A program made the translations under genes and the position numbers. From a virus, in IMG/VR virus record IMGVR_UViG_3300016667_000429, positions 1-61,672 of that record: 61,672 nt of DNA; one strand, written 5' to 3'. Under the pieces are notes generated by a model. It did no database searches and was not told the DNA's origin. It worked only from the letters and a program-made list of their open reading frames with translations. The number at the start of each line of letters is the position of its first letter. Positions within the stretch are counted from its first letter, which is position 1. Below are positions 21,501 to 27,098 of this stretch, piece after piece.

Positions 21501-22125
21501 CCTGATCCCCGGCACGGGTATGTTGAAAAAATCCAACACCGCGATGGAATCTGTGCGGTCGATTGTGGAGATTGCCGGCCCGACCGCCTCCATCGGCACG
21601 CAGGTGGGCGACGCGGCAGAGGCGGCGTCGGAGGAAAACTACGATCAGGCTCGCCGCAACCTTGCACCCAAGGCCGTCAAGGATTTGATGATGGGCTTGG
21701 ACATGCTGGACAAGGGCTATGCGGTGGACGCTGCGGGCAACAAGAAGGTGAACACGACGCCTGCCGACGCCTACATCAAGATGCTGGGCTTCAATCCAAC
21801 TGTCGTGGCACAGAAGAACCGTAGCCAGATGGTCGAGCGACAGGACATCAATCTTCAAAAGGAAACCGAGTCGTCCATTGTCAAACAGATGGCACGCGCG
21901 CTTTCGGAAGGCGACAAAGAGCTAGAGAAGAAGGCCGACCGGCGCTTGGAGAATTGGAACAAGTCCAACCCGAATACGCCGATCGTCATCAAACCGCGTC
22001 AAATCAAAGATGCGATGAAGAACATGGCTTCTGACAGCGATGCTCGGCTCATCAAACGCGCCCCGCGTGAGATGCGGGGGCGCGTTGCGGATAATTTATC
22101 GGACGACACAACAAGTGACGATTAA
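9526..22125 (+). CDS. giant polyvalent virion protein (4199 aa): lytic transglycosylase + N6-adenine-type methyltransferase + SNF2/strawberry-notch-like helicase + HExxH zincin-like region + PLxRFG region + C-terminal TM helices
   Basis: 12.6-kb uninterrupted frame. SLT motif AQESG...GPGQV (Glu codon 9781). MTase motifs EPTAGNG (13861) and NPPF (14038..14049). Helicase motifs GDQTGIGKGR (15127..), DESH (15574..), STGLSLH and QMLGRVHRTGQ (about 16.7-16.8 kb). HEILH at 18826..18840. PLMRFG at 20053..20070. Hydrophobic helices at about 20.6-21.3 kb. Confidence 0.9.
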   Translation: MNKENQIGLDTLNSNPSGLTEVSWSAQFQPQEPLPLKESTNPAAAGQPPQKQGAGISNDKLDAIAQREGLTPAQARIWKEGILAQESGKGSNSKTSVDGARGPGQVIPSTFAGYAKPGERVDNEEHNLAVSARIVKDLATKFNDDPARVAVGYFSGEGNVSKNGGQAWKNDAADGNGKRVSSYASDVLRRLESAPQANGSPAPAPDTSKIPRWNDIVAKPEYAKLSPEDQQAAKELYFDHYIAPVAGEDAESLRAEFMAKKASAPAPKQEPGLLDKAGQVVSDIYSQAKKELFPKSVMEGAPAQPTPTDASFAPAKPEVRRAVEAQWDAASPAQRAKMEADPSWVGDIARARAGAFGRQDKALPNSPTLQSVDPRVEARRAELIRKGEDPRFADTAAQEGARKAAVPGQEIAALDGVAQKSDFDFDTQAAFSGDNKLLNNPITRAGAKGALGIAKFGAGYGQFMSDLYGLDGSAGVMKDAGDWVRGKEAAIGERGTMLERNLEGALSSITQQLPLMLVGVKTASEAIPLVGIGMQTFGQEYSDGRAKGQSMGEAATRAGLFAAFEIVGEKFSIGANLKALKAIFDKTPTDQLAGLMWNVIKKEVPSEMLTTTGQFATDKLGGGVGLNPNAGTQEFIAQMGDTIVQTIMQSVIMGGAPGAVKGTRDFLTDKGDESANMVEIRANSAQEQALAKWEQFRQSTRPQNAGRPEPTMGAETPVTVTGDGRIEPTMADDPIGAIALTGQQPATATPTPEPQANAISPIVADADQIVSELATQAGIPQDTVLPTPTASTPTVAAPSPTTGAVEPQTDNDVSDLAEVRLDQLRAKRDGGSTMVMTEDGPQQVDQPPMALTPQEAQELATLESGDINAIRTLYGANNPVAQATLEPGLVAAQENPNESVQAQAPAQVDGTAPGIAPQNAVGNDGQSGGTAAVQEPAADAASAQVGAEGGQRQQGLSAEDALEREAIQSEADFKPTDVPDIDVPFDPIPTNGTQTPQAQQAEAQGSEAPAAKRQVSEKTGNVRTSYDVWDDEGNKGTINIIRKPDGEVFRIFQEWTNKDGKTARFEMSTGYGKGAADDYIVKAIAEPSDLSLTKPETVTAPPKTEKEAKQRKQQPTQAAPDLDAMFDEVLAEETGGKEQEQSPLLRARNDLIDLRSQVEAQGNVVDDRLLERVRRQERLVKELQGETAPKTERQAKEQRTAGEAAASAAKNTVEGFNNAIDGLGKLFGGGPGTLGSGPVFNEETYRKAKPLFQAAVANFQQAGADIREVMRAVVQALLAKFGKQAVENMKPYVVRFISEYQQGDKTEAVSTATDLYTPEGKMKVAQTLADEFIGGASFKTIIEARKRISDLIGKPIEAATELAKQADETIEVAVVLAGREIVKAGRAQGRSPQVIYERLVDLYNRQPNLAVRSSTSVRDQAYSTPVPLAYLASELAGITYDSKVLEPTAGNGMLLVGAATENSTANELNPKRASMLQAMGFDALTENAATEDLADPNSQDAVIANPPFGATKNAKGETIVYEVRPDYGTREVDHAIAFNALTTMKDDGRAALIVGGTQSTEEEARREDYRGKGKRTFYFNLYNEYNVVDHFTVDGSLYSKQGASYPVDVIVIEGRGKSARNLPAADLPQIIGSYDELKEKLNGTRSVESQGVRSTDRAAGGQDQAGAGNGTAVDRGTGRPSDATGDRGGRGNDAASVPRSRTAGDRQPAGSGTVSGDGQSQSQDTSGSRSDRQAAVPGEGRGTQPGSTASDRGNRPVEVGGERVVAGERVGSGLTDRRGEETETENQVAYEPRSNAASVGTLVPRAMRDSIQNSIAKIEDQFGNIDEFVAEKLEMDVETLRENFSAEQVDALALAIKNAEEGRGFIIGDQTGIGKGRVVAAMIRYALVNGKVPIFVTEKPNLYSDMIRDLDDIGMTAELALDTNKPRIFITNASESIPYTLLRESNGEITETNLTLRAPASGKALEQQFQMHMNANDLGHYKVIFTTYSQLQTVKGKQTTRMNFVKQFGAGNYMIFDESHNAGGAGETQARSKEQRDAAKAGESLVTGRAAFVRQLVNAAFGTFFSSATYAKRPDVMDLYSSTNMKLAVDRISQLGEAIKNGGVPMQQVVANMLTIDGQYIRRERTFAGVSYDTVETKVDKETAENMASAMRAVLAFSRAKEAVIKNIQKEMDKEGTLIKQMGGESSTIQGANFGAIMHNLIDQMLLSLKVQDSINHALERLKAGEKVVMTVSNTMGSFLKDYAEEMGLNMGDPVALSFKDLYDRYLEKQRIVTIKDGAGRKTQRRLTDAELGATLVAQFEAVRKQIAESGFGSAPISPIDFLHNELRKAGYKTDEITGRTVTLNYQSGTPILTSRSANIRQRVNAVRGFNNGDVDVIILNQAGSTGLSLHAASKFKDKRKRHMIIVQAEKNIDTHMQMLGRVHRTGQVIPPAYSQMMADIPAEMRPAAVLMKKMASLNANTTASRKSSVTAEGVVDFVNDYGGQVAQEFLRDNPDVVEAIGGSKVVPILDDPSEASEDDIRKLTGYIPILPIKQQEQIYKDLIDRYNELIERENTLGTNKLEAKAVDLDAQILSTVQITEDKGDPSIFAQPASMEQVDVKRNVKPYTSAEVNEIVNERLGDKTAGAVANDFIKMVTELTHQFEREKIDAEKKKEGVDPVKIESQRAIINMTLGHVRAVLQNYQIGNSISIKDKNGFIIYGVITDIQNKGRTQNPAAGSAWKMTIALANGDAKSLTINFGQIGNRYELSRETRVNWYNAETQSAEMMNITDIFDKGSTVRREKRWMVTGNILAGFAKYPGQIIQYTKKDGTTGQGVLMNRQFDFAKEQKNQPVTLKSGAQVMQFIKAVGDGAMVGTPDGNFRMSLRNGKFVFVVPKSKRQGGKYHQDKGLTQHTGEFYSRGEQMVANTYDAADATAALDYIINEIEESIQALNNADKAREMFAPKPKEGGVELNDIPSNLAENGLFTNLPEPERVNAMARLKSLERRAQAGKITDAEFRLGVAQVVADMQRKANARSEPKDLVRGPDWVRERLLRARRTNELPANVVDFALWLLDKNPALATDLAISLQKGGDNSPSGSYKSLARLVTLFKNNVNSGTAVHEILHHAERMMSGEVHKGVIREWQRAWDAAYRKGDAKTKEALVKLLQGGLGNKAAFADAIQAFKDGTLNYEEHYQLTNPSEYWAVNATRILSQRYGANTWQEKARQFLREMIEYMKGALGFRSDTQIMKGLRQVIKGDGSMVSSKMLVEQVANNDIKADPNKLPPTEFMDIRSSVQAALFKNPKTLRTFGWYDRSISTQLNKALKDADFAKVFGYVNAIQNEVSLTSLRAAELAPGYLPRITDVKAAAKTMVMGRKSGSAQAKASQAIFSGTLAGDTVMEGKVWTEEELRNNFGLDDTGVALYFQARAAIDASLDEVAAAEAYAMAQGFIPKAMRRAIIDSPQRAEALISASLEQQIKKLQRAIKAANDMGNEAQAKSLEDVINGYFSTAKQIEKIFTTSRNLKAAGYAPLMRFGKYTVTAQAIDAATGNLIRDEEGNSITMFFGKYETEGEAQNVLQSMQAQYAGRDDVKISAGVSSEAGYELYSGISPETLALFAEALGADKVMKKYIQEALSERSALKRRLERKGVEGYTQDMPRVLANFITSNARHASKQYYMRDLNNAIKYIPKEKGDVKDEAIALKEFVLNAKDPGSALSAITFGWFLGGSVSSALVNMTQPIMMTGPYLSQFGVRDATTAMAKAMPIALGRKQITDAELRNALKRASQEGIVDAQEIFHLYSQGAQNTAAWLASTLAKVPGAGAKVKAGSESVRARASAFGVLWGSMFAAVEGFNRRLTFVAAWEVAKATGVKNPYAFAVRAVNETQGIFNKANRPNWARGGLGRMVFTFKQYSIMYVELVKRMATKGGPEGKRAALIMLATLLLLSGEEGLPFSQDLADIIDTIGQFLGYDTNMLRSKRELAHKILGEQLGDFALYGLSSFLPVDFQGRLGLGNLIPGTGMLKKSNTAMESVRSIVEIAGPTASIGTQVGDAAEAASEENYDQARRNLAPKAVKDLMMGLDMLDKGYAVDAAGNKKVNTTPADAYIKMLGFNPTVVAQKNRSQMVERQDINLQKETESSIVKQMARALSEGDKELEKKADRRLENWNKSNPNTPIVIKPRQIKDAMKNMASDSDARLIKRAPREMRGRVADNLSDDTTSDD
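14450..14848 (+). CDS. nested +1-frame ORF (132 aa, acidic) inside the giant gene linker; candidate overprinted gene
   Basis: AAGGAG (14437..14442) lies 7 nt before the ATG, and an in-frame TGA lies immediately upstream. Hand-counted GC3 is about 77% in this frame versus about 43% in the giant-gene frame over the same bases. The translated sequence is globular-looking, whereas the main frame here is a G/R/D/S low-complexity stretch. Confidence 0.45.
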   Translation: MALVAWSPKGYAAPIELLAVKIKPGQVTERQWIEALADRVTQLAIEAGEETTLQACRDLELPETDNPQEAGQFLVMGNLNLRTHLDLAVIDKPPFPAKVGERNPEAQQAIEETDLSRWVESALSLVSASDLD

Positions 22126-22511
22126 CGGCATTCGATACAAGAAACGTCAGACAACAGGTTCTCCAAATTGTCTTTGGCGAAGTCGATTTGCATTTTTATA
22201 GCCATCATTGTCGTGCAGAGTTGGCCATTGACGAGATGAACAGCGGCGAAATCGCTGTCCGTCGATCCAGATAAGCGCGTACCAATTCTCACTGCCTTCC
22301 CGCTTGTAGAGGCCGTCTTTTGACATGGCTGTGGCTGTGATTGGGAGGGTGCGTATTGTGCGCGCAGGTAGGCCACGAGGTCAACGTCCAGAAACCGCCA
22401 CTCCTTACCGATCTTCGCGCCAGGAATAAGACCGGCCTTGGCGCGCTGCTGGAGCGTGACCGGGTGTAGCCCAAGGAAGGCAGCGGCTTGCTGCAAGTCA
22501 AAAGTGTTCAT
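22122..22511 (-). CDS. MerR/excisionase-type HTH (HTH_17-like) DNA-binding protein
   Basis: N-terminal FDLQQAAAFLGLHPVTLQQRAKAGLIPGAKIGKEWRF motif. Last gene of the early-left block. Its stop overlaps the giant gene stop (TTAA). Confidence 0.6.
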   Translation of the reverse strand: MNTFDLQQAAAFLGLHPVTLQQRAKAGLIPGAKIGKEWRFLDVDLVAYLRAQYAPSQSQPQPCQKTASTSGKAVRIGTRLSGSTDSDFAAVHLVNGQLCTTMMAIKMQIDFAKDNLENLLSDVSCIECR

Positions 22512-22513
22512 GG

Positions 22514-22717
22514 CTAGAAAGGAATTTCATCCCAATCCCACTGAGGGCAAGCCGTCTTGACCACTTCGGGCGGCGGCTCCACGCCACCGGCCAGACCGCA
22601 CCCACGGTGCTGCCATTGCTTGCAGTCCATGCAGGACTTCTTGGCCAGCACGTTCTCCCACCATTGCAGCTCGCGCCGCAGGACGTTGATCTTCACTTGG
22701 ATTTCGGCGGGGATCAT
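22514..22717 (-). CDS. small Cys-rich protein ending in an SSB-like C-terminal tail (DWDEIPF)
   Basis: The ATG at 22717 forms an ATGA overlap with the upstream stop. Contains CxxC...C...C. C-terminus is WDWDEIPF. Confidence 0.6.
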   Translation of the reverse strand: MIPAEIQVKINVLRRELQWWENVLAKKSCMDCKQWQHRGCGLAGGVEPPPEVVKTACPQWDWDEIPF

Positions 22718-23118
22718 GCGGCCTCCCTCGTCGGAATCCACGATGCAGACCAATCCCGGCGCGGCATGATCCGCTTCGCGCGCGCTTTTGCCGCCTCGCG
22801 CACCTTGAATTCTTCATCTTTGCGCCGCTCCCGTGATCGCTCCGCATCGGTCGGTTTTTTCGGCGGCGGCGCATCTGCACCAGCGCCCCATGCGTAAACC
22901 TTCAGATGCCAAGTGTGGGTTCGCGTGACCTCTCGGTATCCGCAGATGTGGATCTGAAACGTCTGGTGAAGATGCTTAACGTACTGGCGCGCATACTCAC
23001 GATTGATGAAAACGGCGTCTGCAATTTCTTCCGTCGTCATTTCGCGCAACTTCAGCGCCTGACGAATGCGCTCGATTCGTTTGATCGACGGCGTTCTGGT
23101 GAAGGTGTTTTGTTTCAT
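22714..23118 (-). CDS. putative HTH DNA-binding protein
   Basis: The ATG at 23118 forms an ATGA overlap with the helicase stop. HTH-like segment TTEEIADAVFINREYARQYVKHL. Basic C-terminal tail. Confidence 0.5.
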   Translation of the reverse strand: MKQNTFTRTPSIKRIERIRQALKLREMTTEEIADAVFINREYARQYVKHLHQTFQIHICGYREVTRTHTWHLKVYAWGAGADAPPPKKPTDAERSRERRKDEEFKVREAAKARAKRIMPRRDWSASWIPTREAA

Positions 23119-24719
23119 GCCGCCACTCCTGCTTTTTTGTTCATATCGATCTTGGCGTCGATCACGCGCCAATACTTGCCTTCGGGCTTGACGGTAATCG
23201 TGTCGGGCGTGGGGATCTTGTCCTCGAACACCATGTCCAGAAACTCGGTCACGGTGTCAGGGCAGACGATGCCGCGCTTCCAGCACCAGATGACCGCGTG
23301 TTTCTTCACGAAGCTGCGCTCGTCCTCGATGGGCAACCATTCGGTGAAGAACGACGCGCCGCAGTTGTACTCAACCTTCACCGAATCCGGCTTGCCCGGT
23401 TTCTGGTGGCGCGAGTAGCTGACATCCGTGACGGCATAGACCCGTGGCTTCTCCAAAGCGGCGACGATCACGCCGTCGCTGGCTTGTGTGCCGTGCGGAT
23501 TCGAGCGGGGGAACTCGTGGCCGCAGGCGGGGCAGACGGCAACGCTCGTGTGCAGCAGCTCGTGGCAGTCAGGGCATTCCTTGACCGGCGCGACAGACAC
23601 CTCGGACTTGCCACGCTTGCTCTTGATGCGGATCTGGTCGATGGGGCCGTGCCGCTCGATGTTCCCGGCGAAGTCCAATACCAGCGTGTCCTGCTTGCCA
23701 TCGTGCTTGCGCAAACCACGCCCCATGATCTGCACATACAGGCCAGTGGATTTGGTGGGGCGCAGCATCACGATGCAGTCGATGGCCGGATAGTCGAAGC
23801 CGGTGGTCAGCAGCATCGCGTTGAACAGAAAACGAATCTGGCCGCTGGTAAAGGCCGAGATCTTGGTGTCGCGCTCGGTCGGCGTCATATCGCCGGTCAC
23901 GTAGTCAGCCGTCCAGCCCCGTGCGCGCGCGGCCTCGGCGCAGTGTTGCGCGTGTTCGACGCCCGCGCAGAAGCCCAAGATGTGCTGCCGGTCGGCGGCG
24001 TACTTCTCGACCTCATCGAGCGCGCCGTGAATCAGGTGCGCTTGATCCATGGCCGCTTGCAGCTCGCCGGCCACATACTCGCCGCCGCGCGTATGCACCG
24101 CACTCAAATCGGCCTTGGTCGAGCCGTTCTTGGCCACCAGCGGGCAGAGATACCCGTCCTTGATAAGATCGCCAACGTGCGCCTCGTAGGCAACGTCGGT
24201 GAAAATGCGCTCGTCGCCCTCGGTCAACAGGCCGGAGTCCATCCGGTAGTGCGTGGCGGTCAGGCCGACGACCTTCAGTTTCGGGTTGTAGTGCCGCAGC
24301 CCCGCCAGGAATCGTCCGTACATGGTGTCGGACTTCTTGCTGACCAGATGCGCCTCGTCCACGATGACCAGATCGGTGAAGCCGAACTTGGCCGGCAGCT
24401 TGTGGATGGATTGAATCCCGGCCACGGTCACTTTCGCCTTGACCTTCTGCCCGACGCCCGCCGACCAGATGCCAAGCGGGGCTTCCGGCCAGTAGCGGGC
24501 AATCGCGCGCGCGTCCTGCTCGATCAGCTCCTTCACATGGGTCAGGACGATGACGTTCGTGGACGGGTACGCCTCGATAGCGCCCTTGATGAAAGCGGCC
24601 AGCGTCAGGCTTTTGCCCGCCCCAGTGGGGAGGACAATGAGGGGATTGCCCTGATGCTTGCCAAAATAGTCGTACAGCGCCTCGATGGCGGCTGTCTGGT
24701 ACGGTCGTAGCTCGATCAT
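23115..24719 (-). CDS. SF2 DEAH-box DNA helicase with C-terminal zinc ribbon
   Basis: Walker A LPTGAGKS, DEAH box VDEAH, later helicase motifs, and CPDC...CPAC. The start at 24719 is set by an ATGA overlap with the upstream gene. Confidence 0.85.
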   Translation of the reverse strand: MIELRPYQTAAIEALYDYFGKHQGNPLIVLPTGAGKSLTLAAFIKGAIEAYPSTNVIVLTHVKELIEQDARAIARYWPEAPLGIWSAGVGQKVKAKVTVAGIQSIHKLPAKFGFTDLVIVDEAHLVSKKSDTMYGRFLAGLRHYNPKLKVVGLTATHYRMDSGLLTEGDERIFTDVAYEAHVGDLIKDGYLCPLVAKNGSTKADLSAVHTRGGEYVAGELQAAMDQAHLIHGALDEVEKYAADRQHILGFCAGVEHAQHCAEAARARGWTADYVTGDMTPTERDTKISAFTSGQIRFLFNAMLLTTGFDYPAIDCIVMLRPTKSTGLYVQIMGRGLRKHDGKQDTLVLDFAGNIERHGPIDQIRIKSKRGKSEVSVAPVKECPDCHELLHTSVAVCPACGHEFPRSNPHGTQASDGVIVAALEKPRVYAVTDVSYSRHQKPGKPDSVKVEYNCGASFFTEWLPIEDERSFVKKHAVIWCWKRGIVCPDTVTEFLDMVFEDKIPTPDTITVKPEGKYWRVIDAKIDMNKKAGVAA

Positions 24720-24922
24720 TTCTTCTTTCGATTCACGTTCCCGATGTGCCACCCGCCGCAGGTGTCGCATCGATACACTCCCGGTCGGCACGAATCGCGC
24801 CGCCGTGCTGATTGCCTCGCCACCCTTTCTGCCAAGCTGCGGTCATCAAACCGATGCTTGCCAGCGCATTGCGCGTGGGCGATCCATTCACGACCCGGAT
24901 GCGCGCGCTTCATCCTTGACAA
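24716..24922 (-). CDS. small hypothetical protein (zinc-ribbon-like C-terminus)
   Basis: 68-aa ORF with YRCDTCGGWH at its end, coupled to the helicase gene. Confidence 0.5.
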   Translation of the reverse strand: MSRMKRAHPGREWIAHAQCAGKHRFDDRSLAERVARQSARRRDSCRPGVYRCDTCGGWHIGNVNRKKK

Positions 24923-25214
24923 ACACGCCGTTCGGCAGCAGCGTCCCTTTGCGGTCTTTGATTTCTTCGTAAGCGGCTTTTAAGCAGCTCGTCATGTCCA
25001 GATCGAGCAGCGCACACATATTGATGAGGCAAACGATCGTGTCGCCCACACCGTCAATGATCGCGGCGCGATTTTTCTTGTTCAGGGCATCTGCCAGCTC
25101 GCCCATCTCGCTCACCGCTTTCAGGAATTGCGTTTCCGGGGTTGAGTTCGGGATGATTCGCCGCGCCTCTGCCCATTGAATGACTTTCAATTCAAGCTCG
25201 TTGAAACTTGCCAT
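24888..25214 (-). CDS. MazG-like nucleoside triphosphate pyrophosphohydrolase
   Basis: EMGELADA...DGVGDTIVCL...EEIKDRKG pattern typical of the phage MazG all-alpha NTP-PPase. Confidence 0.7.
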   Translation of the reverse strand: MASFNELELKVIQWAEARRIIPNSTPETQFLKAVSEMGELADALNKKNRAAIIDGVGDTIVCLINMCALLDLDMTSCLKAAYEEIKDRKGTLLPNGVFVKDEARASGS

Positions 25215-25226
25215 GCTTCCTCCAAA

Positions 25227-26312
25227 TTAACCGACGATCGTTGCGCCGAACTCTGTTCTGAATTTCTCAACGTCCGGGTCGCCAATGATTTGGTGGTCGC
25301 GGGCGGCGCTAATCTCGTTGCTCGTATAGGCCGGGATCTCGGTGTCAACTACATCAACGTGTGATCCAACGATGAACTCCCGCCCGTTGTCCTTGCGCCG
25401 GTAGCGCACCCATGTTTGGCCTGCATCTACAGCCACTGCATAGGTCAGCAGGAACGGCAGGGGCAGGTGCTGCGGGCATCCGGCGCGCTGGATCTCGATG
25501 GGGATGCTGCTGATGTTGGGATCGGCTTGGACTTTGGCGCATGACCAACGCCCATCGCCGTGCGGCTCCGGCGTGGAGTGAACGCAAGTGCGGCACGACA
25601 GCGCCGGGACTTGATCGTTGTGACACACGTTCTTGTGATCGCAGAAGTTGCAAAGGTAATACTTGGGATCGTCCGACAGCTTGGGCGGCGGCTCGGTCGA
25701 GAAGATGATTCGCTCGGCTTTGGCCTGAATCTTCTCGAACTCGGCCAGATCAAACGGCACGCGCTCCGAATACAGCTCGTCGGTATCTTTGTTGACGGCC
25801 AGATACAGGCCGCGCTCCATACCGCTTTTGCCCATGTACCACTGCATCTGAACGTAGTGCTGCGGCTTGGATGCTTTCACGCCCTTCTTGCGAAGGTCGC
25901 CAAAGCTCTTAGTCGAATGCGTTTTGAATTCGACAACGTGCCACTTCTGACCACCGCCTGGAATGTATCGGGCGCAGCCGTCCATGTGTCCCTTCATGTG
26001 ACCGCCGTGATCGGTAAAGCCAAACTGCTTGCCGGTGGCAGGATCAGCGTCATAGACCTCGACGCCAATCGAGCGAAGGTCGGCCACAAAACGCGGCTCG
26101 GCAATGAAGCCAGACTGAAACAGTCGGTACATCCTTCCGTCGAAGGATACCGGCGTAGCCCAGCGGAAGTCGTACCAGATGGCGCGCGCGCACTCCTTGC
26201 CGACAATCGACGCGCCAAGGTACGTGCGCGACTTTTCGGCTTTGCCGCGTGTCTCGTATTGTTCGTAGATCGCGGCTGCGATCTCATCAACGTGTTCGGA
26301 TATGTCAGCCAT
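25227..26312 (-). CDS. PD-(D/E)xK exonuclease, Cas4/RecB-like, with Cys cluster
   Basis: HMDG...VEFK nuclease motif. N-terminal Cys plus CNFCDHKNVC (Cas4/AddB-like 4-Cys pattern). Additional C-terminal CxxC...C...C region. Confidence 0.75.
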   Translation of the reverse strand: MADISEHVDEIAAAIYEQYETRGKAEKSRTYLGASIVGKECARAIWYDFRWATPVSFDGRMYRLFQSGFIAEPRFVADLRSIGVEVYDADPATGKQFGFTDHGGHMKGHMDGCARYIPGGGQKWHVVEFKTHSTKSFGDLRKKGVKASKPQHYVQMQWYMGKSGMERGLYLAVNKDTDELYSERVPFDLAEFEKIQAKAERIIFSTEPPPKLSDDPKYYLCNFCDHKNVCHNDQVPALSCRTCVHSTPEPHGDGRWSCAKVQADPNISSIPIEIQRAGCPQHLPLPFLLTYAVAVDAGQTWVRYRRKDNGREFIVGSHVDVVDTEIPAYTSNEISAARDHQIIGDPDVEKFRTEFGATIVG

Positions 26313-26320
26313 GCAGTCTC

Positions 26321-26626
26321 TCAGTCGTTCGTGTTATTGGGTTGAAATACGTCCCGTAGGAATTGTTCATAGGTAATCAGGTTGCCGTTCATGTGAATGA
26401 CTTTCTCCTGATCGCCGTGGATCTCGCGCTGTTCGACGCAAGCGTGATACGCGATGGCCTTCATCATCGTGTCCATGACAAAGTGCATCTTGTCGTGGTC
26501 TGGCATCAGCGCCAGAGCCTTTGCCAACGCATTACTTAACGCGCCCAGCAGCTCGGTATGCCGTTCATCGGTGTAGTCATTACCCAACTCGATCAGCATA
26601 TCGATCGCGGTGCTTTTGAAGTCCAT
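26321..26626 (-). CDS. hypothetical protein
   Basis: The start at 26626 is preceded by GGAGGAGCA. The longer track ORF (start 26647) lacks an SD. Confidence 0.55.
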   Translation of the reverse strand: MDFKSTAIDMLIELGNDYTDERHTELLGALSNALAKALALMPDHDKMHFVMDTMMKAIAYHACVEQREIHGDQEKVIHMNGNLITYEQFLRDVFQPNNTND

Positions 26627-26757
26627 TGCTCCTCCGCTCGCTAACACGGATGGGCAGTGTCTTGCCCATGCGTCTTAGCCCGGATCTCTCTCCGGTGTCA
26701 CGCATTTAGGCAGCGCAGCGTTTGCGCCGATCACACGGGGGAGTCGCCCGCGTGCCT

Positions 26758-26991
26758 TTACTGCACAGGTTGATCGGATGCCGGCAATTCGATCTGTTGC
26801 TGCGCCTCCGCAGCGCGCGCCTCGGCCAGCGCAGCTTCTTCCGCAGCTTTGAGCTGACGCAGGGTTTCGGCGCGCAGCCCGACGACAAACTCAGCCACAC
26901 GCTCGTGCGGCATCTTGCCGAGCGATTCAAGAATCAGATTGATTTGATCCAGATTCAGGGTCAGATTGATTGGTACTTGGTTCGGGTTCAT
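26758..26991 (-). CDS. hypothetical protein
   Basis: The start at 26991 is preceded by CAGAGGAGAACC. Coiled-coil Ala/Glu-rich C-terminus. Confidence 0.55.
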   Translation of the reverse strand: MNPNQVPINLTLNLDQINLILESLGKMPHERVAEFVVGLRAETLRQLKAAEEAALAEARAAEAQQQIELPASDQPVQ

Positions 26992-27098
26992 GGTTCTCCT
27001 CTGAATAAAAATGGGTGGGGTACTCGCTACCTCGTATGTGCCGAACCTAATCTGGCGTCTAGAACACCGCACATAGAATCCGCTTTCCCCCGTAATCG

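Noticed and set aside
9526-22125. Giant virion protein considered as an N4-type virion RNA polymerase
   Set aside because: I saw no single-subunit RNAP motifs. The recognisable modules are transglycosylase, methyltransferase, SNF2-like helicase and zincin-like, which is a polyvalent-protein layout.
23298-24710. 470-aa plus-strand ORF opposite the helicase gene
   Set aside because: It is the mirror frame of a gene with clear Walker A and DEAH motifs. Its product is Arg/Gly/Val-rich.
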